The notes: generated by a model from the letters alone, not told the origin. Positions 41,911-55,169 are shown, counted from the stretch's first letter. The stretch is DNA of 64,000 nt from Eledone cirrhosa (GCA_964016885.1 OZ024751.1:18352001-18416000); one strand, 5' to 3'. A program made the numbers and translations.

Positions 41911-41911
<1 letters not shown>
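41787..41911. mobile_element. Family A element, centre deleted
   Basis: AGAAATGGCTTCT...AGAAGCCATTTCT arms. CTGATGA core lost. Confidence 0.75.
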
Positions 41912-41959
<48 letters not shown>

Positions 41960-42130
41960 AAAAATAAATAGAAATAACAACACAATCAGTACAGTATATG
42001 GAAGGGATATATTAGCTTAACGCTTGATAAAGCAGGAAGATGGTGTTAACGTTTCAGACGTTAGTCCTTCATCAGAAGAAAGAATCAGAAATAAAATAGA
42101 TTGAGGGGACGGGCGGGTTGGAATTGGAAA
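41960..42130 (-). mobile_element. Family B element with minimal HHR (42044-42079)
   Basis: Minus: TCTT-CTGATGA-A-GGAC(TAAC)GTCT-GAAACGTT. Homologous to 58908-59104. Confidence 0.8.
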
Positions 42131-42189
42131 TATATATATATATATATATATATATTTAATTAGAAAGTGAACAACATAATATATAACTA

Positions 42190-42257
42190 CTCCATTACCA
42201 ATGGTTTCGGGACCCTAGAAAATATCAACATATGTCTAGGTCACTCATCAGATAGAG
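42190..42257 (-). ncRNA. Type I hammerhead (family N, single copy)
   Basis: CTCTAT-CTGATGA-GTGACCTAGA...TCTAGGGTCCC-GAA-ACC(ATT)GGT-A^ATGGAG. Confidence 0.78.
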
Positions 42258-42583
42258 ATGTTATCTTTCTAATTAAATAGCTTTGTTTTAGAGCACTCTT
42301 TTTTCCTTTGCTTTTTCTTCGGAAATACTTAACATATATATATAATGAGGGAGAGAAAGAGAGAGGGGAGAAGAGTGTGTCTACTACGGTGCAGGGAATA
42401 CACTAATCATGGGAGTACTCAGTGCATGGGGAGATGCAGAATGGGTATAGAGATAGGAAAAACCCTGACCGTGGTGCTAGGTGGTCGGGATTTTACTCCT
42501 CTCTCTCTCATTCACTCACTCTCTCTTTTTCTCTCTCTCTCTCTCTCCCTCTCTTTCTCTCTCTCTCTATATATATATATATT

Positions 42584-42770
42584 ATTACGCGTTGACCATC
42601 CTTGGTAAAGTTGGAGCACATTGGAAAAAACATCATTATAATCGGTAGAGAAATGTGGAAATGCATAAAAATCATACACACACAGAGACAGACATCTTCC
42701 ATTTTATATATATATATATATAAAACAGAAGATGTTTGTCTCTGTGTGTGTATGATTTTTATGCATCTTC

Positions 42771-42810
<40 letters not shown>

Positions 42811-42997
42811 GAAGATGTCTGTCTCTGTGTGTGTATGATTTTTATGCATTTCCACATTTCTCTACCGATTATGATGATGTTTTTTCCAATGTGCTCCAAC
42901 TTTACCAAGGATGGTCAACGCGTAATAAAGTTTGCCAAATATTTCCTGATTCTATGAAAAAAGATCGATAAAACTAAATACATGTTGCAACTCTCTC
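42584..42997. mobile_element. Head-to-head Helitron 5' ends around (TA)n
   Basis: Arms match 2690-2880 of the Helitron. Confidence 0.75.
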
Positions 42998-43142
42998 TAT
43001 ATATATATCACACACACACACACATATATACATCTAAAGAGAGAAAGGGAGATGTAGAGAGAGAGTGAGATAGGTCGTTATACAGAGAGAGGTACAAGAA
43101 AATCAGATAGATAGAGAGAGAGAGGTAGAGAGAATAGCGACG

Positions 43143-43218
43143 AACGGGGTCGAGAAAATAAAGTACCAGTAATGCACTGGTATAATTGCTGGCCCTGTGC
43201 CAAAAATTAGAAACAATC
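43143..43218 (+). mobile_element. Nin-domain SINE 3' fragment
   Basis: CGGGGTCGA...TAGAAACAAT. Confidence 0.75.
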
Positions 43219-43427
43219 ATTAATTCAGAATTCATAACATATCGATTATAATTGTTGATATCTCTATATTTGTTTTCTTTTCAAATAGTTTCAAGGGATG
43301 TCTTTTTGTTTTGTTTTCAAGTAGGCCCTTGGAAACCTTTCTTCAGACTTTAGCATAGAGGTCCTCAAAGTGGGTGCTACCATCCTCCAGGGGGCGTTGA
43401 GAAGGTTCAGGGGACACTAGGGCCTAA

Positions 43428-43612
43428 GGCGTTGGTGTGTGCTAGAGAGAGGGTCGGACGCCATGCTTTGACGCAAAGAGTTACGGCCCTTTCTATTCTG
43501 AGTTCAAATCCCGCCGAGGTTAATTTTGCCTTTCATCCTTACGGGGTCGATAAAATAAAGTACCAGTAATACACTGGATAATTGCTGGCCTTGTGCCAAA
43601 AGTAGAAACAAT
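43428..43612 (+). mobile_element. Nin-domain SINE
   Basis: Full core. Confidence 0.85.
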
Positions 43613-43697
43613 TAATTATAAAATGATATGTTTTATATATAAATATAGTAAAATAAAAAATATATAATATTTATCTATACATTGTATATATTATATA

Positions 43698-43760
43698 TTG
43701 GCAGTATCAGTAGAGGTTCGGACGCCATGCTTTACAGTGTAGAGTTACGGCCCTTTATGA
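43698..43760 (+). mobile_element. Nin-domain SINE 5' fragment
   Basis: TTGGCAGTATCAGTAGAGG...TTACGGCCCTTT. Confidence 0.7.
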
Positions 43761-43783
43761 ACTAAGTGTCATTTTGTTTCAAT

Positions 43784-43972
43784 GGGGTGGATTGGCAATA
43801 TCGGTAGAAAGTCGGACACCATGCTTTGCAGCATAGAGTTAAGGCCCTTTACGGTCTGAGTTGAAATCCCGCCGAGGTTAGCTTTGCCTTTCATCCTTAC
43901 GGGGTCGATAAAACAAAGTACCAGTAATGCACTGAGATAATTGCTGGTCTTATGCCAAAAATAGAAACAATT
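43784..43972 (+). mobile_element. Nin-domain SINE
   Basis: Full core. Confidence 0.85.
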
Positions 43973-44865
43973 ATTTATTATATATAAATTAACGATTTTA
44001 TTTATTGTACATTATTTACAATTTGCGTGTAGGCAGGTCTCTCTGGAAATAGGGTGGGGGCGCTGAGGGTAGTAAGTAGCCATGAGGGAGGCGGTGGCCA
44101 AAAAAGTTTGAGAACCTCTGTTTTAACACATCGCTGAGTTCCCAAATATTTGATTGACTTGTGTTCACTGTACGATTTCACGCACTATCTGAAGCTTCTA
44201 AACTAGTTATAATTTTAGGAATCCCTGCCATACCTCGGTCGGAATCATTCTAATTAGTTAATGGAAATGAAGATTCCAGGCAGCGCCTTCGTTGACTTTT
44301 TCCGCTTCGTGATTCTATGTATTGTATGAATGAACACGTAACTCATGATGCAATCGTTGGGGCGCCAGTGTCATACGGTATGCCTTAGACATTTTAAATT
44401 TGGCGGAACACATATTTTAACACGATATCTTACAATCTCCTTTTTGCTTTTTTTTTCTTCTTTTCGTTTTTCTTGCTTTTTTTTCTTTGTTTCTTTCCCC
44501 TGTCATGTTATGAGAGGTACCAAACATTTTCCCTGGTGTCACACAAAATTATGTGTGTATTTAGCCTAATTGCTATGAATCTATGTTTTGTATCTCGTCT
44601 CTTACTCCACTGGACTGTATTTGGCTTATGTGAGACGCTGTGACCCCGGATTGATCAGCAGTAACGTTGATAGGGGTCAAAACTGGCAAAGTTTATCTCA
44701 AAGGCCGATGACCATGGAGTTCTGTGTCCCCCGCTTGTATTTTTATTTATTTTTAATAATTGTTTTATGTGTTGTTTTGTTTCAGTTCGATATCTTGTCC
44801 TCTCTTTGTTAATTATTTGAAGTTTATTTACTAATGTGAGGAACGCGTTTATTTCTTCTACTTCC

Positions 44866-44929
<64 letters not shown>

Positions 44930-44986
44930 TATTTCCTTAACGTTCCCTTATTATTCTTTGGAGTTTCTGTTCTGCCCCTATCCGAA

Positions 44987-45023
44987 CTTTGCTGATGAAG
45001 GACTTCTGTCCGAAACGTCAAAA
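44987..45023 (+). ncRNA. Minimal hammerhead (family B-like)
   Basis: CTGATGA-A-GGAC(TTCT)GTCC-GAAACGTC^, followed by AAGCGTGAACCTAAT. Confidence 0.7.
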
Positions 45024-45097
45024 CCTCCACCACTTCCACCAAGCGTGAACCTAATATAACTGTAAAATTGCTTCACGTGTTCTGCTTGTTCATTTTC

Positions 45098-45177
<80 letters not shown>

Positions 45178-45207
45178 CTGTGTGAGTGTTTGTGTGTGTA
45201 TGTATGT

Positions 45208-45287
<80 letters not shown>

Positions 45288-45472
45288 TTATATATGTATG
45301 TATTTATATACGTATGTATATATATATATGTATGTATTTATATACGTATGTATATATATATATGTATGTATTTATATACGTATATATATATGTATGTATG
45401 TATACATATATATATATGTATATATATATATATATGTGTGTGTGTGTGCGTGTGTATGTATACATATATATG

Positions 45473-45526
<54 letters not shown>

Positions 45527-45539
45527 TATATATATATAC

Positions 45540-45590
<51 letters not shown>

Positions 45591-45898
45591 CAGGGAGTAA
45601 CGTGAAGTCACAGCAAGTTGCCCCAGGTGAGCACTCGATGTTTACGTTCCTGTCAATGACGACGTGTAGAGCTAGACAGTGTTGTGTCATTACTACACCA
45701 CAAGTCCGAAGAGCTTCTGATTCCAAAATCGGGCCAGATCGTTACAGATCGAACCTTGAGCTAATCAATAGTGAAACGCGCGTCACCGATCAATAAACGT
45801 AATGAAAGCTTAACAAATCGTCCTTGTATTATTATATATATATATCTGTGTGTGTATGCGTGTGTGTGTGTCTGTGTGTGTCTGTGTGTGTGTGTGTG

Positions 45899-45986
<88 letters not shown>

Positions 45987-46075
45987 CATACATGCATACA
46001 TTCTTACATAAATACATACACATACATAAATAGACACGTACATACATACATACATACATACATCCATACATACAT

Positions 46076-46527
46076 ACAAACAAGACCGAGAAGTGACATA
46101 CACGTCAAAACATATATAATATGATGCAGTGAAAGCTAGTGAGAACGTTCAATGGAGAGAAAACAGAAGTAGGGAATGTGAAGTGTAAAAGCCGTGTGTG
46201 TGTGTGTGTGTGTCAACAGGCAGGTAACAGTTGTGAATATTTGTGTGTCCAGTAACTATTGTCGTATTAAGCAGCTGTTTATTACCAGTGTCCACTGTTA
46301 TATTAACCCCCCTCCTACCACACCGACCTGTCTACCTTTATACTACCTCCACCTCACACCCCCAACATCTCCTTCTTGTTCATCGCCCTCCTCATAAAAT
46401 TATATTGTTTACTTAATAACACCACATTCCCTACTTCTGTTTTCTCTCCATTGAACGTTCTCACTAGCTTTCACTGCATCATATTATATATGTTTTGACG
46501 TGTATGCCACTTCTCGGTCTTGTTTGT
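46076..46527. repeat. Element with ~105 bp terminal inverted repeats in (TACA)n/(TGTA)n
   Basis: 46076-46180 is the near-perfect reverse complement of 46422-46527. Confidence 0.85.
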
Positions 46528-46705
46528 ATGTATGTATGTATGTATGTATGTATGTATGTATGTATGTATGTATGTATGTATGTATGTATGTATATATGTA
46601 TGCTTGTATGTATGTATGTATGTATGTATGTATGTATGTTTGTATGTATGTATGTTTGTATGTATGCTTGTATGTTTGTATGTATGTATGTATGTATATA
46701 TGTAT

Positions 46706-47310
46706 GTCAGGTCACCAGTTGGTGCTACTGGTAACATGTATCCCAGTACAACCTATCCCATGGTCGGGTCGTTGGCGACTAAACTGGCAACCCCACCAAG
46801 GTTTCTTGGTGAGGAGGGTGACTTTGGACATCCTGCAGGACTAAAAACAAAACCTGCCAAAGGGCAAAGGAGCTCTTACGAGTCAATGGCCATCCAAAAT
46901 CACCGGGAGAGATGACCCCTTAGCCTTTGTCAAGGCAGAATTCTAGGAGAAGGAAAACTCTGATATAACACCTGCAACCCTGATGGTATCCAATGATATT
47001 GACTTGTTCTTTTTGGTAAATATCATCTTGGTTAAGAGAGTTGGACTGGCATTGTGCAGTGCCTTTGCTCACTATAAAATCTTCACAGCACAGGCATTGC
47101 TTTATATCTGGAGATCTCTCTGCACTTGTCGTCACATGGTACCATGGGCCCAGCACCATGTGTCAATAATTGTCACAAGTGTAGTGTTTGTACCAGAGTT
47201 TTCAAATTGCTGGCTGGACTAAAAAGTCGAACTCGTTCAGCGCATCGGTAGGGGTTCTCCTACATGGATATAAAGTAGTGGCCGTACTCGAAAACGAGTT
47301 GGCAGCCACC

Positions 47311-47312
<2 letters not shown>
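46706..47312 (+). mobile_element. Family O retroposon
   Basis: Second full copy, embedded in (ATGT)n. Confidence 0.75.
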
Positions 47313-47343
<31 letters not shown>

Positions 47344-47529
47344 TGTATGTATGTATGTATGTATGTATGTATGTATGTTTGTATGTATGTATGTATGTAT
47401 GCTTGTATGCTTGTATGTATGTATGTTTGGAGGAAAAATTCATAAGTGTCAACGGCCATCCAAAAATGTGTACATGTGTATGTATATGTAGATATGTATA
47501 TGCATGGGTGCATGTGTATGCATATGCGC

Positions 47530-47878
47530 CGGGACATAGAAATAATCGGGCTGGATACCCGATCGCGTGGTTAGACCACTGCGGGTGAAGGACCTCTAGC
47601 CTTTGTCAGGGCATTCTTATAGGAGAAGGCAACTCAGGAAACTGGGATAATTCCAACATAAAAACTGCGGCTCAGTAGTTACCGATAATGTTGATCTTTT
47701 CTTCTTTTCGGGTTATAGCTACTGTCGCTCAGAGAGTGGGATTGGCTCTGTGCACAGTCTTTCCTCACTTTAAAAAAAATATTTACGCACCGGCATTGCA
47801 CGATAGCATTAATTGATAACTAATAATAATGTTATATCGTGCAATGGCGATACTCGATAACGAGGGGGCAGCCATCAT
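47530..47878 (+). mobile_element. Family O diverged relative
   Basis: Shares AGCCTTTGTCA, AGGAGAAGG, GAGAGTGGGA.TGGC, GGCATTGC and the GGCAGCCATCATGT end. Confidence 0.6.
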
Positions 47879-48210
47879 GTATATATGTATGTATGTATGT
47901 ATGTTCGTTCTTCTGGTTTTATAATTTCACAAATGTTTACCAATAGAGAGAGTCGGTTTCTAACATATACAAGACTCTCTCATTGGAATTTACACAACGT
48001 CAACTAGGTAAGTATGTACACATATCTGCATGCATGCATGTGTGTGCAGGTATGGGTGTTATTGTATGTGTGGATGTGGATATTTTGAGTTGTATGTGTG
48101 CATGTGCATATGCTTTGTATCTGTAGATGTGTTTATGCAGTTATTAGATGCAGAAGTTTTGGAATGGTTTACATATTTTTACTGTTCCATTAATGGATTA
48201 TATTTGTATG

Positions 48211-48242
<32 letters not shown>

Positions 48243-48254
48243 TGTATGCATGCA

Positions 48255-48568
48255 TGGGAGTGAAAGGCCCCCAGTGGTTGTCACAACAGCTTTCTAGGAG
48301 AGGGAAACTTTGAAAAATAGACCTGCTGCTTTGGAAGCATCCGATGATGTAGACCAGTTTCTACTTTTCAGGTAGTGTTTTCAATGCTCAGAGAGTGGGA
48401 TTGGTCGAGTGCCAGGCTTCTCGGCACTTAAAAACCATTAAAAGCTCAGGCATTGCTTGTTCAGGATATGTTACATGTTCGTGTGGCTGGCCGTAGCCTC
48501 AAAGCTCACCAGACTCTATAATCTGACAAGCGATTGCAATACTCTTAGCAGAGTTTGCAGCCATCATG
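48255..48568 (+). mobile_element. Family O diverged relative
   Basis: Same conserved blocks and 3' end. Confidence 0.55.
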
Positions 48569-48644
48569 TATGCATATGTATGTATGTTAAGTATGTACGT
48601 ATGTAGGTACGTATGTATATATATATATGTGTATATATATATAT

Positions 48645-48974
48645 GCAGATGTTATATTTAATTTCTTGGGATTCAACAAGCTTAAAAATGTTTATAGCTG
48701 ATATAAAGCACTCAACAGTTAAGTGGAGTAAATACACAATATATTAATAAATGGAAACTATATTTATAAAACCAGATTTATTTTATTATATATATTTCAT
48801 GGGCAACCGACCGTTAAGGTTGTCTTTTTTCTGGGTATGTCAATATTTATTTATAAAACAAATCTCTAATTTATCTGATGAAAGCGCACCATAATTTTCC
48901 TCGGTTGCCCTTGAAATATATATAATAAAATAAATATGGTTTTATAAATATAGTTTCCATTTATTAATATATTG
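48645..48974. mobile_element. Family C inverted pair
   Basis: Minus arm truncated in stem II, plus arm with full core (~48875). Confidence 0.8.
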
Positions 48975-49050
48975 TATATATATATATATGTATATGTATA
49001 TGTGTGTGTATATATGTATATATATGTATATGTATGTATATGTATGTATA

Positions 49051-49097
<47 letters not shown>

Positions 49098-49198
49098 GTG
49101 TATATGTATATATGTGTATATGTATATATGTATATATATGTGTGTATATATGTATATATATGTATATGTATATATGTATATATATGTATATATATATG

Positions 49199-49232
<34 letters not shown>

Positions 49233-49255
49233 TATGTGTGTGTATATGCATTATT

Positions 49256-49294
<39 letters not shown>

Positions 49295-49369
49295 ATATGC
49301 ATATATATGTATGTATATATATGTATATATATATATGTGTGTGCGTATATGCATATATATGTATGTATA

Positions 49370-49411
<42 letters not shown>

Positions 49412-49412
<1 letters not shown>

Positions 49413-49501
49413 GGGATTTGAACTCAGATCATAAAGGGACATAACTCTCTGCTGAAAAGCATGGCATCCGACCCTCTACCGATACTGGCAATCCATCGCC
49501 C
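49412..49501 (-). mobile_element. Nin-domain SINE 5' half
   Basis: Head and B-box-like sequence. Confidence 0.75.
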
Positions 49502-50219
49502 CTTGGGAGACAAATATAATAAGATAAGATAGAAAAGAAACGAGAATGAATAGAAAATATTAGTATATAGAAGAAAGAAGAAGCTCGAACCTCGTCTGGG
49601 AGTTTCTAATATTAAAGTCTGGTCTCTTATGTATGCGGCTTTGTTTGTTTAGTGAGTAATTGATGCGATGTAGACTGTGTGTCGACTTTTATAGAAACAA
49701 ACTACAAATGTTGAACGGTAAACTCCGTCAAAACACTGTTGCTCTCGTGAACTGGATAGAAAAGACTTAACTACGACAGATGGCGATTTGACTCTGGAGG
49801 AAATTTGTGAGATTGTTGACGATGTATGTATGTTTATATGTCTGTCTGTCTCTATGAATGTATGTATGTATGTTTGTATGTCAGTCTGTCTGTCTGTCTA
49901 TCTATCTCTCTCTCTCTATGAATATGTATGTATGTTTGTATGTATGTTTGTATATTTGCATGTCTGTCTGTCTCTATGTATGAATGTATGTTTGTATGTA
50001 TGTCTGTCTCTATGTATGAATGTATGTTTGTATGTATGTCTGTCTCTATTTATGAATGTATGTATGTATGTATGTATGTATGTATGTATGTGTGTATGTT
50101 TATTTACATGTATGTCTCCATGTCTATTTGTCTGTATGTATATATATGTGTGTGTGTGTGTGTGTGTATTAATGTATGTATGTCTCTTTGTATGTATATA
50201 TGTTTGTATGTATATATGA

Positions 50220-50260
<41 letters not shown>

Positions 50261-50262
50261 GA

Positions 50263-50478
50263 AGGCGTGTGGCTGAGTGGTTAGAGAATTGGATTCGCAA
50301 TCGTAAGGTTGTGAGTTCGATTCTTGGACCAGGCGACGCGTTATGTCCTTGAGCAAGACACTTTATTTCACGTTGCTCCTTCTACCTGGAGTTGCGACCG
50401 ATAGATAGTATTAGCAATTGAAAAGACCAACGGAAACATTGTTCCCTCGGTCTGATTTGACGAAAGTCGATCGTGCCT
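50263..50478 (+). mobile_element. tRNA-derived SINE (second family)
   Basis: A box TGGCTGAGTGG, B box GAGTTCGATTC, body CCTTGAGCAAGACACTTTATTTCACGTTGCTCC. Confidence 0.85.
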
Positions 50479-50752
50479 TTAATATATATATAGAGAGGGG
50501 GGGGGGAGAAATAAATAGACAGATAGGTAGATGTGTGTATTTTTGGTACTACAGTTAGTAGGTGACAGATATGCAAGCACGTTGGATGAAATACTTTGCG
50601 ACGTGTGTCGTGAATCTCTGAGTTATTGAGTTCAAATCTCAGTGAGGTCAACGTTGACTTTCATTCTTCTTGGTCAATGAAACAAGTACCAGTTCAATAC
50701 TAAGTTCGATTCTTCTTCTGCATTTCTCGATACCTTACACAATCTCTATCTC

Positions 50753-50807
<55 letters not shown>

Positions 50808-50944
50808 GTCTCGCAGATTTCTCTCAGTCTCTCTTTTTCTCAAGGCCATCACAGCATTAAAATTAGGAAAGTTATGGTAACTGTCTGGTGTATCTGGAAT
50901 AGAAATACGTAATGCGAGCACCGTTACAATTCCATCAAGATTGA

Positions 50945-51140
50945 AGTCTCATACCTTTTGTGGTTCGATAATTAGATTCGCAATCGTACACTTTGTGTTC
51001 GTTTCCCGGACCAGGAGATACGTCATGTCCTTCAGCAAGATTCTTTATTTCACGTTGCTCCTTCTGCCAGGAGTTGCGACCGGTAGATAGTATCAACAGC
51101 TGGAAAGACCAATGGAGACTTTCCTTCCTTGTTAAAATTT
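50945..51140 (+). mobile_element. Diverged copy of the second SINE family
   Basis: GATTCGCAATCGTA...GGAGTTGCGACCG.TAGATAGTAT. Confidence 0.7.
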
Positions 51141-51456
51141 GAAGAGTTCTACCTCCAACCAAGATATGGGATCTTGTCGTTTATTTAAGATAATGTGTGT
51201 GTATATGTGTGTGTTAGTGTGTGTGTATGTGTGTGTGTGTGTATCTGTATGTGTGTATGTGAGAGAGAGTGTATGTGTGTGTGTGAGAGAGAGAGAGAGA
51301 GAGTGTGTGTGTGTGTGTGTTTGTGCGTGAGAGAGATAGAGTGTGTGTGTTTGTGTGTGTGTGTGTGTGAGAGAGAAAGAGTGTGTGTGTGTGGTGTTTA
51401 TGTGTGTGTGTGTGAGAGGGAGAATGTGTGTGTTTGTGTGTGTGTGTGTGTCTGTG

Positions 51457-51506
<50 letters not shown>

Positions 51507-51944
51507 TGCGTGTGTGAGAGAGAAAAAGAGAGAATGTGTGTATGTATGTGTGTGTGTATGTGTGTGTGTGTGAGAAAGAGAGAGAGAAAGTGTGTGTGCG
51601 TGCGTGCGTGTTAGTGTGTGTATATGCGTGTGTGCGTGAGAGAGGGAGTGTGTATGTGTGTACGTACGTGTGTTTATATTCAGAAACGGAAAAAAGATCA
51701 CTCTGTTCAGGTGTATTTATATTTATTATAAAAAAAAAAAATCAGTAAATTCACTCCATCGTTACAATGTTTCTCTTATTGGCTGTGAATCTGTAACGTG
51801 AAACTGGGAATCATAAACATATGAAGTTTCACATAAAAATGAATTTTATGGAATTACTATTATTTCCTTGTATTTAGCATTGTTTTATATTTAATTCCGT
51901 TTTCTTAACGTCTTCTTTACACTAATGGGTATTTCCCTCGCTCA

Positions 51945-52046
<102 letters not shown>

Positions 52047-52099
52047 AGTATGCGTATTTATATATGTATGCATTAATATTTATGTATGTATATACATAT

Positions 52100-52221
<122 letters not shown>

Positions 52222-52986
52222 ATATGTATATACATACATAAATATTATACACACGCAAACACACACACGTAGAGTTATATATATATATATATATATATAA
52301 CTCTGCGTGTGTGTGTTTGCGTGTGTATAATATTTATATTTATATATATATATGTGTGCATGTGAGTGTATAACTGCAACATGTTCCATAGCTATGTATG
52401 TGTGTATATGTATGTAATATACATACACACATACGTGCATACATGCATGAGTACATACATACATGCATACACTGACACACATGTGGCGAATGTACAGGTA
52501 CAAGTTATAGTTATTATGTTAACGGTGGTGTTGGTGATGTTTGTTGTGGTTATGTAGTCAGACAGTGTGTATGTTTATAGTGAGTGTGTGTGTGTGTGGA
52601 TGTGTGTGTGTGTATGGATGTGTATGTGTGTGCAAGGGTAATGTTAATGGTGGTTTTGAATATAGCAAATATGAGAAGAATGCAAAGTGTTGCATGATTC
52701 ATTGTTGTTAAAGTGAATCCATGCTGTGTGTGTTTGTGTTTGTGTGTTTGTGTTTGTGTGTGTGACTGTGTGTTTGTGTGTGTGACTGTGTATGTGTGTG
52801 TGTGACTGTGCGTTTGTGTGTGTGACTGTGTGTTTGTGTGTGTGTGTGTGTGTGTGTTTGTGTGTGTGTGTTTGTGTGTGTGTGACTGTGTGTTTGTGTG
52901 TGTGTGTGACTGTGTGTGTGTGTGTGTGTGTGTGTGACTGTGTGTTTGTGTGTGTATTTCAAAATGTACTCACACTCACACACGTA

Positions 52987-53046
<60 letters not shown>

Positions 53047-53054
53047 TATATATG

Positions 53055-53097
<43 letters not shown>

Positions 53098-53099
53098 TA

Positions 53100-53199
53100 C
53101 AGGGTGTCCTAAAAAATGTATTGACACTTTGATTATCTGAAGAGGCAATATTTCTTAGAATGCATTTGAAGTGTGTATACATTTTTGGGGGACATCCTA
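53100..53199. mobile_element. ~100 bp Tc1/mariner MITE
   Basis: TA|CAGGGTGTCCTAAAAAATGTAT...ATACATTTTTGGGGGACATCCTA|TA. Confidence 0.7.
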
Positions 53200-53484
53200 T
53201 ATATGTATGAGTGTATGATGAATGTGTGTTTCCGTATGATGTTTCATGTGTGTGTGTGTGGGTTTCTGTGATTCTCTCTGAATGTGTTTGAGTGTGCTTG
53301 CATATGCACATGCTTATGTGTCTGTGTATGTACCTGTGTTTATATGCGTGCGTTTCTAAGAGTCTTGTGCGTGTAGTTAAGGGATGCATGAACAATAGAG
53401 ATGAGGGAGAGGGAAAGAAAGGTAGTGAGAGAGAGGGAGGAAGAGAGAGAGAGAGAGAGAACGTGCGAATGTGAATGAGAAAAC

Positions 53485-53530
<46 letters not shown>

Positions 53531-53807
53531 GAGAGAGACAGACAGACAGAGAGAGAGAGAGGCAGGATGGAGTGTGGAATTTAAACGGGTGAGGTTTCAA
53601 TTTCTGACTGAAAGAAAGCAATTGATGGAATTCAAGTCAAACAGCAGGGGGAGCCACATCATTATTAACAATCGTTATCATTATCATCATCATCATCATC
53701 ATCATCATCAACGTCATCATCATCATCAATATCAACAGCAACAATATTCATCTTGATTATCATCATCATCATCAACATCAACAACAACTCCAACACCAAT
53801 CACACTA

Positions 53808-54196
53808 ACATGACCATCTTCCCGTCCCACGGTGGCAAACCCCTCATCTGGGATGCCACTTGCACCGACACTTTCTGCAGCCGCAACCTGGTGCAGTCTG
53901 CGACTGACCAAGGTTCTGCTGCACGTTGGGCTGAGGGGGCCAAACTCATCAAATACCGGTCGCTCTCCGACAGGTTTGCGGTCTTTCCCCTGGCAGTGGA
54001 GACTTCTGGTGTCCTCAGCCCCAGGGCTACCTCCTTACTCACCACCATAGCCGCTGAGCTGACCAGCCGCAGGTGTGAGCCCCGCGAGTTGGAGTGGCTT
54101 TTCCAGCGCGTCTCCCTTGCCGTCCCCCGGGGAAACGCCTTCTCTGTTCTGTCCGCAAGGGCTGTGGGTGGACCCCATCGCGTACCAATACATTAG
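53808..54196 (+). pseudogene. 3' fragment of a CRE-like non-LTR retrotransposon (restriction-like endonuclease)
   Basis: GKPLIWDATCTDT...AE..K..KY...FPLAVETSG...LFQRVSLAVPRGNA matches the CRE-clade RLE C-terminus. Confidence 0.8.
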
Positions 54197-54226
54197 TTAA
54201 ATACCATTCTATCACACTAACATCTT

Positions 54227-54415
54227 CGGTGGTTTGGCAGTATCGGTAGAGGGTCGGACAACATGCCTTTGCCGCACAGAGTTACGCCCCTTTCTGATCT
54301 GAGTTCAAATCCTGCCAAGGTTAACTTTGCCTTTCATCCTTAAGGGGTCGATAAAATAAAGTACCAGTAATACACTGGGATAATTGCTGGCATTGTGCCA
54401 AAAGTAGAAACAATT
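54227..54415 (+). mobile_element. Nin-domain SINE
   Basis: Full core. Confidence 0.85.
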
Positions 54416-54858
54416 ATCAATATCAACAACAACACTAACAGCAAACCCGACAACAACATGAACAACAACAAAGACATCAACAACATCAACAACATCAACA
54501 ACAGTGTACATCATCGCCATCATTAACAAAATCAACATTAACATCACTAATACAATATGCATCATCATCAGCATCAACAAAATTAAACAGTTTCAAGAAG
54601 AGAGCCAAGGTAGCATTTACGTGGTCGTTCATTTTGGTTTTTGGTTTAAACAACAGCCAAATGACCTCATTTCAGATCTTTAAAATCAGGATGGACACGT
54701 TGGAAAATGTATTCATAAATATACAAGAATTCTGGAAGAGGGGTTTAAAATTGGGACACCTTTGATCATAGCTCTTTTTGAAGAGGATTGACCTATGGTT
54801 AAACAGTAACAACAGCGTTCTACGAATGACAACGTATCTCTTTTCCTTCAATCTACAT

Positions 54859-55169
54859 CAGTCATGGGCAACCTGGAACCTGCGGGTCGCATGCGGTCTG
54901 CGAAGCTTTCTGAATGGCTCGCCTAAGTCACCTAAGTGAAATATTTCTGATTTTTTTTTTACTCCAATTTTTCAGTCTTAATTTATCTTTCTATCATATT
55001 TACGATCGAGGAAAACAACGTGTACGAATTCTGAAGAAACAAATCAAAAGACCCTGAGTTACCACCTTTTTTTTTAATGTGGGCGCGAATGTAAATTAGC
55101 GCTTGCGGCCCGCCTGATGATGACCAAATCTCATGCGGCCCGCCTCTCGAAAAAGGTTGCCCATACCTG
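54859..55169. mobile_element. hAT-type MITE
   Basis: TIRs CAGTCATGGGCAACC / GGTTGCCCATACCTG, perfect 8-bp TSD ATCTACAT. Confidence 0.88.

Larger units (their letters stand above)
43356..44120. mobile_element. hAT-type MITE with nested SINEs
   Basis: TIRs TAGAGGTCCTCAAAGT / AGTTTGAGAACCTCTG, imperfect 8-bp TSD CTTTAGCA/TTTTAACA. Confidence 0.65.

Noticed and set aside
47945-47990. Minus-strand ATGAGAGA...GAAACCGAC motif
   Set aside because: It lacks CTGA and a valid NUH, and is too degenerate to call.
50263-50335. tRNA gene
   Set aside because: A and B boxes are present, but it continues into a SINE body found in several copies and has no proper acceptor stem.
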